A DNA stretch of 64,000 nucleotides from the NCBI RefSeq assembly GCF_006345805.1, contig NC_043011.1, forward strand, positions 66,290,464 through 66,354,463, written 5' to 3'. Position numbers and translations under genes: made by a program. Within the stretch, counting starts at the first letter, position 1. The number at the start of each line of letters is the position of its first letter. Origin of the DNA: Octopus sinensis (lineage: Eukaryota). The notes beneath the pieces were generated by a model. That model ran no database searches. It was not told where the DNA came from and saw only the letters and a program-made list of their open reading frames with translations. Shown here one piece after another: positions 54,701-64,000 of this stretch.

Positions 54701-55500
54701 AGTTTGCGTTTGAGGCAAGTCTTGTCTCCTGCAGCCCAGCAATATCTATGTTGAGCCTCTTTAGTTCACGATCAATGATGGCCGTTTTCCTTGTGTCTTC
54801 AATCCTGAGAAGATCATCAGATATTCCAAGACACATGGTCCTGACATTCCAGCTTGCCAACCGCAGAACTGGTGTTTTCTTGACTTTTAGTTGCTTGCCT
54901 GGTGCAGAGGTTGCAGGCCGCTTTTCGAATCATACTCTTAGCTCCAAGCACCCAATGGAGCAGGCGGCTTGTGGCGAGTCAGCACCTTATTAACTGGGGG
55001 CTGCCCAGCTTGAGGTGGGCAGTAGCTAACCAATAGGACACGGAGTTCCCTCCCACCGTCAGAGGTAACCCGTAGCGCCCATATTTTACGCCAATCTGAA
55101 TGGACATATCACTCGTGACTGTTACATCCCGTGTTGTTTCTGCAGCTTTTTACAGCAGCACTGAAGTGTCCTCTCCAGTTTTGCTCAGGCCTGGGCTATA
55201 GATAAGAAAGTCCTTGGTAGCCCAATCGTCAGGTTTCCTCTCTCGACCTTGCTGATGTAGTCCAGTGGAGTGCAGAGCATTACGTTTGGCACCAGCTTGG
55301 TTGCAGGGGCTGCCGTAAGAGTGTCGGGTCGAACACTAGACCGCCTTCGGGGCTCCACTCCGGATTTCTTTGAAAGTTGTCTCCTTTCCGTAACCCTGGA
55401 TAGCGGCCCATACCGGGTTCTGTCAGCCGGAGCCAGCTGAGCCCGGAACTCGTGTTAGGCAGGGTCGTTACTCCCTGAAGTAGTGAAGAAGTCCGCTACC
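51790..55500 (-). mobile_element. Near full-length RTE LINE R3 (APE endonuclease plus RT), disrupted
   Basis: MASWNVRT, AGLQETR, GDFNARVG and HWHQLDLII (APE); KAPGKDGIP, NYRGISLL, QCGFR, FIDLTKAFD and FADD (RT). (ATT)n at both ends. Confidence 0.95.
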
Positions 55501-55523
55501 CACTACCTTTTCAAGTAATGTTA

Positions 55524-55582
<59 letters not shown>

Positions 55583-55589
55583 CATTATT

Positions 55590-58500
55590 ATTTTTTTTTT
55601 CTTCTTTCAAATTTGGTTCCATTTCTTGCCGAGTGTCTTCCCGACTCCTAGGGAAAAGAAACCCATAGTATACATTGGTAGGCCATTAAACCAAACTCAA
55701 TAGTTCGTTCATTTATTTTAATTTTTGTTTAAAGTTAGATTAAAATACATGAGTAGCAACAGTTCTCACATCGACAATGCTCTTCTCAATATGTGTGATG
55801 TACCAGTTAAGACAATCTTTTGCACTTCTTGCAGGGATGGTAAGCCAAGGATCATTCTCATATAATTTTCGGTTCCCTTCTTGATCATTCCTAGTGCTCC
55901 TACGATCACTGGTATTGTAACCGCCTTGAGATGCCACATTTTCTCAATTTCAATGAGTAGGTCTTTATATTTTCTAAGCTTGTCAAACTCCTTCGCTGAG
56001 ATATTATGATCACAGGGGATGCTCATGTCGATCAATAAGCAAACTTTATTGTTTTGATCTTTCACAACAATATCTGGTTTATTGGCCTTGATGGTTCGGT
56101 CTGTATGTACTGGTAAGTCCCACAGAATCGTTACATTTTGTCCTTCAGTTACAGCCTCAGGGTTGTGATTATACCACTTGTCGGCAGTTTTGATATTGTA
56201 ATGCCGACTTATTAGCCAGTGTAGATATTGACCAACTCTGTCATGTCTTAATTTATACTCCACTGACGCTAAGACTTTACATCCAGAGATTAGGTGGTCC
56301 ACTGTTTCAATCACGTCGTGGCAGAATCGGCATTTTGGGTCTGCTCCATTTTTCATCACATTGGCCTGGTAGTTCCAGGTTAATAGGCTTTGATCTTGAG
56401 CAGCCAGGATGAAACCTTCGCTCTCTGCTTTTAGCCTTGAATTCGTAGCCACTGATGGGTTTGCTTCTGGTCAACATCAGCTTGTTTGCTGCGGCCACAT
56501 ATTGGCCGTGCAGAGGTTTCTCCTCCCCCCTATCAGCCAATTGCTCGTGCGCTTTTTTCTTTGCCATCATTTTCACCTTCTTTGCAACAATAGTTGCCGT
56601 ACTATCCTCGGGTTGTTCAGTTTGGGTATCCTGCACGAGATCAATAGCAAATGTTTTGGTTTCCTTTATGATAGAATGAAGCTTCTTTCGTCTCTCGTGA
56701 TTTTCCACGAGCTTTAGCATGCAGTCATTCGTCGTTTCGAGATATTTGGCCAGTCCAAATGTGGTTGTTTTGTAAGCTAGTTCAAATTGAATCAGGCCTC
56801 GACCTCCTTGGGCTCTGGGAAGGTAAAGACGATCTACATCTGCCTTTGGGTGGTGCATCCTATTACAACTCAGCAGCTTGCGTATTGTCCTATCTATATT
56901 CTTTACTTCACTTATATTCCAGTTCAACACATTGTAGCTATAAGTAACAGCTGGAAACGCTAAGGAATTTATAGCTAACACCTTGTTACGTGCATTTAGT
57001 TCAGATTTCAGGACTGCACGAATTCTCCTATAACATTCCTTCCTGATCTTCACTTTCATGCTTGCATGCTGAATACCAGAGCCTTCAATTATCCCTAAAT
57101 ATTTGTAGGTTTGTTCTCGCTCAAGCTCTCTTATGACTGTGTCAACATCTAACACGACTGAATTTGTGGTCTTCACTTCCCCTTTCTGGAAAGTGGCCTT
57201 GGCACACTTCTCAAGTCCAAACTAAATCCCGATGCCATCGCTGAATGCTTTCACAGTGCGCAATAGGCCTTCAAGTTCATTATTGTCTTTACCATAGAGT
57301 TTTAAGTCATCCATATAAAATAGATGGCTTATTTTTTTATTGGCAATTTTATACCCATACCCTGTTCTGTTTAATTCACTTGTAAGGGGTATTAGGGCTA
57401 TGCAGAATATTAAAGGTGAAAGTGAGTCACCTTGAAAAATTCCACAGTTGATGTTTATATTTTCTGAGGCAAGTACTCCATTAGAGTGGTGTAATTGGAG
57501 ATTCGTATTCCACAACGACATACTGTGCTTCAGGAAGTTTGAAATCACAGGGGAAATTTTGAAGATGTCCAGCGATCTCAAGATCTATGGATGCGGTACA
57601 CTGTCGAAGGCCTTTTTATAGTCAATCCATGTCACAACAATTTCTGCGCTTGTTGTGACAGCTCTCAAGGATCATACGATTAATTAGCAGTTGATCTTTG
57701 CATCAGTAAGAGCCTCGGCGGCACCCTTTTTGTTCAATTGGGAAAATATCGTTCTTCTCCATGAATGCATATGTTTTCTCCGCCAGGATAGATGTTAGGA
57801 TTTTATACGTGGTGGATAGACAGGTTATAGGCCGATAGTTTTTTGGAAGGTTGGTTTCGTTATTCTTTCGGAGTAGGTAAGTAATGCCACTTGCTAACCA
57901 TTCTGGTGATTTCTTTGGGTCTCTCATAATTCCATTGAGCAGCTGAACTAGCTTACCATGTGCGCATGGGAGCGATGCGAGCCAGAAATTCGGCACCCTA
58001 TCTTTACCGGGGGATTTCCAATTATGGGCCTTCGTCAGTGCCTTTCTTAGGTCTGCTATTGTGATGTCTTCCCATGCTTGTTGTTGTAAATTTTGGTAGG
58101 ATCCTTCAGTTTGTATAATCCAGTCTGCATTTATGTTGTACGTCTTCTTGTCACTCCAAATCATTTTCCAAATGATTTGAACATCTTCCATAGGAGAGGG
58201 GTCTTTAACAGTTACTTTCTCCTTCACTTTTTTGGCATTGGATGTAAACAGCTTATTTTGCTTGTAAAACTTGTTTCTCTTCTCAAATCTTCGTATTCTT
58301 TGGGCTTTTGCTTGGACTTTTTGTTTCAGCGTTTCTTTTATTGATATCAGTTCTTCTCTTGGTGAGGATCCAAATTTTCTCTTCATCTTTCTTCCTGTTC
58401 TGGATCTTACATCAGTTCCACATATTAGTTCATTTAATATTGATATTTCCCCTCTCATAAATTCAATCTCGTTTTCAATTTTACTTCTCCAGGTTTGATT

Positions 58501-59460
58501 TCTTCCCAGGTTTGGTTTTCTTTGTTTTTTCGGGGGCATACAGCTGGTTTCAATTGCCCTAGCAGAAGCGTAAATAATTTCATTTAACTCAGTAAAATCA
58601 GGTTTTAATTCTCGTATTATTTCATTTGTTACATAGTTGCCAATTTGGATTTTTTTTTTATTTTGGTTTGTATTTGAGAGTTTATGAAGTGGTTCTCTAT
58701 CATTCATACTTGTATGTCTTACAACTTCAAGCGTATTCAGGATTTTCTGCCTCATTTCTGCCATAGGCTCTCTGTGTTCTTCAGCAAATGCGAGATCTTC
58801 AGTTACTGTTGTTTTATCATTTTCTTGGCTATCTTTAACAGGTACAATAGAATTTCTTGTATCTTCAGGCCTTTGCGTACTTTGGTCAAATGGCAGTCTT
58901 TCAATTAAGCCTCGTGGCGGGCTATACTGTTCATCTGATTCTTCATTTCCTTTGTGTCTTATATTTATGTCATTTTCCGTTGCGTGCTTGATCACGCTTA
59001 TTTCACTGTCTGTGGGTCTGTTATTTCTAAGGATATCCCTCCTCACATTTGCTAATTTGTTCTCGTCCAAATAGGGCCTACTGTCTTGATTCCGTGTTCT
59101 CCATATACTGTAAGAGTTTGCGGTGTGTCTCTCTTGAGATGGCCTACCTAATGCATCGTAATAAGCGTATATTACTTCTTTATACTCTTCTCGGGTCCAT
59201 TTGTTCCGCTTACATTTTTCTTTCTGTGGTGGTTATGGTGGTGAACTTGGAGGGCTCGAGTTGGGGGATTTCCCGTTCAAGTGACCATCCATGTCCGTAT
59301 TCGGAGAAAAGTTTGTGCCAGTTGATGACTTTTCGATCCCAGGCTGGCTCTTCCCTGGGGGACGCGCTTCCAGATTAACCATAGGACAAGCGATTTGGTA
59401 TACTGATTTAGTTTTCCTTTTAGTTTCCAAAAACATTTTGGTGCTACGATAATGTTATCA
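55590..59460 (-). mobile_element. Near full-length R4/Dong-like LINE, family X (D5), about 3.9 kb, frameshifted
   Basis: N-terminal DENKLANVRRDI, KSPGKD, NYRPITCL, EQKGCRRG, GIFQGDSLSP, YMDDLKL, CRFC..ETVDH..C and KPDIVV..LIDM. Confidence 0.95.
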
Positions 59461-59674
59461 TTTTTGAGCTTTGATTGGCTCGTGGGGAGACGGCCATCAT
59501 TGCCGTTACAATTATAATCGTACCATTATAGCAGCCGTAGTCGGCTTATTAATGTTATTATCATCACCATTATTATCACTATTATCATTATCACCACCAT
59601 TACCATCATCATTATCATCATCACCATCACCATCACCATCACAACCATCATCATCAACGATATTATTATTATTA

Positions 59675-59704
<30 letters not shown>

Positions 59705-59709
<5 letters not shown>

Positions 59710-60620
59710 TAGTTTTATTTTTATAGCGTGCTTTCACTTCACTACCGAGCCGAGCTCTGTGTGCCTTGGGTATTTGCTGTGATTTGTTGTGATGCTCTGA
59801 TGGTTATTGAATGGAAAGTGTTCTGCGTAGGATGTGTGCAGTGCCTAGTAGTGCAATTTTCTGTATGTTTTAGGTGTTTGTAAGTCCTGGTGTTTTTGTT
59901 ATGTATTTGTCTGAATATTTTTTTATCATGCCTAATACACCTACTATGATAGGAATTGTTTCTGTTTTCAGGTTCCACATTCTAGTTACCTCTATTTCCA
60001 GGTCTTCGTATTTTGAGAGTTTCTCCATTTCTTTTAGAGACACGTTCTCATCTGCCGGTATTGATACATCAATTAGAAAGCATTTTTTTTCTTCATGATC
60101 ACTGACAACTATATCTGGTCTGTTGGCCTTAATTTCTCTATCTGTGTGTATCGGCATATCCCAGAGTATGGTTGCTTTCTCGCTTTCTGTGACCTTTTCT
60201 GGTGTGTGCCTATACCATCTTTTTTCTGTTGTTATTCCATAATGTTGGCATAGCTTCCAATGTATGTAGGTTCCAACTCTGTCATGTCTGTGAATATATT
60301 CCTTCTTAGCCAGGACTGGGCAGCTAGAGATAATATGATTTATTGTTTCTTGTCCATCTCCACATATTCTGCAGTTACTTGTAATATTTCTTTTCATTAC
60401 ATGTTTTTGGTAATTTCTGGTGGGGAGGCTTTGGTCTTGTGCTGCAATTAAAAATCCCTCTGTTTCTGCTTTGAGTCCTGAGCCTCTCAACCATTGCTGG
60501 GATTTTTCTTTGTCTATTTCTTTTGCGCTTAGTTTAGTGCAGTATTTACCATGAAGGGGCTTTTCTTGCCATCGTTTTATCATGGTTCGTTGCTGTTCTA
60601 TTTTTAGTTTGGATTTCATT
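59705..60620 (-). mobile_element. 5'-truncated R4/Dong-like LINE, family W (D6)
   Basis: ORF 59870..60619: LKAETEGFLIAAQDQ, CRIC...ETINHIISSC, RHDRVG, RPDIVV and LIDVSIP. Has a distinct 3'UTR. Confidence 0.92.
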
Positions 60621-60777
60621 TGTTTTATAGCTTTTGTTGTTTCTTCATCATCTTCTTCTTCTTCTTTGTGCTTATTAGGTGGTATGATTTCTTGTTTGTA
60701 TTTGTATTATTATTGTTATTATCATTATTATTATTATTATTTTTATTATTATTATTATTATTTATATTATTATTATT

Positions 60778-62740
60778 ATTCTATGTTTGACTTTTGCTTT
60801 ATGTCTGTACAAGTTGGCTCCATGTCTCACCCAGAGACCTCAAGAGACAACAGGTTGAATGTTCTGTGCCGTATATTTGGGGTTTTTTTGTTTGGTGTTG
60901 TACTAGTGAATGTCTAATACATAAAAAAATTTTTTTTTTAAATAAAAGAAATAATAAAATAAAAATAAGAATAAAAAAAAGTTTGTTTTAAACCTTGGGA
61001 TTACATAGAGTGTATTTTGCGTAGGATATGAGCAGTTCCATTGAGCACTATCTTTTGAATTTCTGCCATTTTGAGGTTTCCTGGTATCTGAGTTAGGTAG
61101 CAATCAGTCCCTTTCGCTATCATTCCCAGGGCACCTATGACAACAGGTATTGTTTTAGTCTTCAGCTTCCCCATTTTGCTGATTTCTATTTCAAGATCTT
61201 TATATTTGCTCAGTTTTTGGTAGGTCTTGACAGATACGTTTATATCGATTGGGACAGTCATATCAATGAGGAGGCATGTTCTTTGTCTGAAGTCTTTCAA
61301 TATGATGTCTGGCCTATTTGCATCTTTCTTCCTGTCAGTTTGAATGGTGAAGTTCCAGAGAAATGAGATGTGGTCATTTCCAAGCACTGGGGGTGGATTG
61401 TGTTCCCACCAGTTTTTTTCATGGGGCAAATCCAGGTTTTTGCAAATTACCCAGTGAATATATTGTGCTGCTCTATCATGCCTATTGAGGTACTCTGTAG
61501 GCGCTAGAAGAATGCATTTGGAGACAACATGATCAATGGTTTCATTTTGTTGTCGGCATACACGACATGTTGGGCTGCCGCCGTTCTTTAATATGTTAGC
61601 CTGGTAGTTTCTTGTTGGTAGGCATTGATCTTGAGTTGCTATGATAAACCCCTCTGTTTCAGATTTTAAGCCAGAGGCCATTAGCCATTGATGGGCCAGG
61701 GCTTTGTCGATATCTGCATTATACGCTCTCTTTGGGTATTTGCCATAGAGAGGTTTTTCTTGATATTTATTATTCAGAATATCTAAGGCCGCAGTTTTGG
61801 CACGGGTTTTCATGCGCCTAGCTTTTTTGGTGCTTGTTTCTTGTATGTCTATCTCTAATTCCGAAATTGGTTGTTTTCGGAATTCACTTAGATATTCCTT
61901 TGCCTGTTTTGTGACTGAGTATGATGCTTTCTTGTTTTCATGTTTTGAGACAAGTTTTAACGTCCAGTCCTCAGAGTTTTTCAGGTAGGTGTCTAGGCGA
62001 ATTGTAGCAATCTTCATTGTTATTGCCAGTTCAAAAGACCACGGCCTCCCTCTTTTCTTGGCAGTTAGAGTCGTTCTGTATCTGCCTTAGGGTGGTGCAT
62101 TCTATGCATTGTCAACAGTTTCCTTATTTTTCTGTCGAGCTGACATATTTCAGTAATTGACCAGTTAACAATATTGAAACTGTAAGTCACGACTGGTATG
62201 GCTAATGCATTGATCGCTTCGATTCCGTTTCTTGCATTCAGCTCTGTCTTGAGTATTGCTCTCACTCTTCGATAGCATTCTCTTCTGATCCTTTCCTTCA
62301 TCTCTGAATGCCTTATTCCGTTCCCTTCAATTACCCCTAGGTACTTGTAGCTCTCCGCTGGGTCTAGTTCTTTTATGACATTCTGCTGGTCAAGGTTAAC
62401 CTTAGATGTTCCTGTCATTTTTCCTTTGATAAAGGTAGCTTGTGCACATTTATCGAGGCCGAATTGCATTCTGATGTCGTCACTGAATTGTTTGACTATC
62501 GCTAGTAAGCCCTTGAGTTGTTGGTCATTTTTTGCAAAAAGCTTTAAATCATCCATGTAAATGAGATGATCTATATTTTTATCAAACATTTTATACCCGT
62601 ACTGCGCGTCATTGAGCAGCTTTGAGAGAGGTATTAAGGATAAACAAAAGAGGCGTGGTGACAGTGAGTCACCCTGGAAAATGCCACACGAAATTTTTAC
62701 ATCACCAGCATTTAGGGACTCATTGTCACTGTTCAGAAGT
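60778..62740 (-). mobile_element. 5'-truncated R4/Dong-like LINE, family Y (D7)
   Basis: ORFs 61001..62017 and 62065..62589. GIFQGDSLSP at the 5' end. 3'UTR shared with D3 and D4. (ATT)n flanks. Confidence 0.92.
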
Positions 62741-62767
62741 TATTATTATTAATATTTTTTTTATTAC

Positions 62768-62803
<36 letters not shown>

Positions 62804-62851
62804 CATTATTATTATTATTATTATTATCATTATTATTATTATTATTATAAT

Positions 62852-62889
<38 letters not shown>

Positions 62890-62890
62890 T
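62741..62890. repeat. (ATT)n-(ACT)n microsatellite
   Basis: Seen directly. Confidence 0.95.
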
Positions 62891-63335
62891 TGCATATCAC
62901 ACGCTTTCCATGGATATTTAAATTATGATTACTACCAAAGTCGTTGCTAGCATTATAATTAATATTACTTATACTGTTGCGTTCGTTTTGGCTACAGCTG
63001 TCCGACCCAACGTGAAACGGTACTGTTTTGTCATCATCCCAGTCAAATGTTACATTGTCCAGGACATTTCGGTGACCGGAGTAACAGCAGAACTATTTAT
63101 CCGTTGCATAATCCTCATTTAATTTGACAATAGAATTCACGCTCATATTACTCCTGCCAAAATTATTAAGATGTTCCAACATCTCTCCCTCTCCATGCGG
63201 CAGTCACTAGTTGCCGGATGCAGCCGCATTTAGATGTAAGTAGAATTGGTGGAATTATCCAATTGATTCGTATTATATAACGTGGTTCAATATGAATGTC
63301 TGAGCATTTGTATACTACAAGTACTTTACTATTTT

Positions 63336-63373
<38 letters not shown>

Positions 63374-64000
63374 GGAGAGAGAGAGCGGGGGAGGAATTAC
63401 TCTCAAAACTTCAAAAAACATTTTGGCATCTAGAATTATTACATAAGGAAGATTGTACCACAAAATCCCCTTAAACATAATCGGGTATGCAGACAAAACC
63501 CAATGTATAGTTTAGGTATGATTATGATATACGGTTTCAGGATTATTCATTGTATATCACAGAGAAATTTTATTAGAAAAATGCTTCGTTTTGTAAAGTG
63601 TTCCTTATTGCATAAACCTTACAATTATTATGCTAGTTATGATGAGTGACATTTTTAGTTATAGGTATAGGGCACCTAGTACAAGGTGCTTAAAACGGAA
63701 TAGTTAGCCCACCGCATTTTTATAATTAGCAGCAGAATTGGATATAGAATATTCTTTATATCCGGCTATGCTTAGAGTTTCGTTATGGTAATGAGCGCGG
63801 TGTTTAAAAAATCATTTTCATTTTAAAGCTATTATTGTCAAAACTGACGTTATTAAGCGTTACTGAAATTTCAAATTGTAAGATAAAAATAATACGTCAT
63901 TTGTACGTGAAACAGGTAAGAATCACCTTTAATTTCTTTAATTGATCCTAGCATTAATTTCGGAGATACAAAAGTTATAATCTATAAAACTAAAGAATAA

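Noticed and set aside
62725-63106. Open minus-strand frame (NVTFDWDDDKTVPF...) running into Asn/Ser repeats
   Set aside because: No start codon, no convincing splice acceptor, and about half the frame is microsatellite. RNA-seq would be needed to revive it.

Overview
AT-rich (TA/CA/ATT microsatellite-laden) metazoan genomic DNA. The SINE, RTE and R4/Dong repeat families look like those of octopod cephalopods (my recollection, not checked). Most of the window is mobile DNA: R4/Dong-type RLE LINEs sitting in (TAA)n tracts, RTE and Tx1 LINEs, mariner elements, Penelope remnants, tRNA-SINEs and MITEs. None of the non-TE ORFs in the supplied track is a credible gene. Reading the sequence directly shows: (1) a compact three-exon gene, missed by the ORF track, encoding a 59-aa secreted Cys-rich peptide, present as two coding-identical copies (16989-18718 and 34701-36430); (2) a long decayed ORF of unknown family in three copies (about 1.8-5.6, 21.9-25.9 and 40.2-44.2 kb), detected by third-codon-position bias between paralogues; (3) a complete minimal type-I hammerhead ribozyme at the tip of a long hairpin (8021-8065), plus three degenerate hammerheads of a second family; (4) a tandem duplication of about 21 kb whose junction is a chimeric RTE, followed by microhomology-bounded deletions and an inversion; (5) an 11-kb head-to-tail train of retroelements. 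No CRISPR arrays and no true tRNA genes were found.
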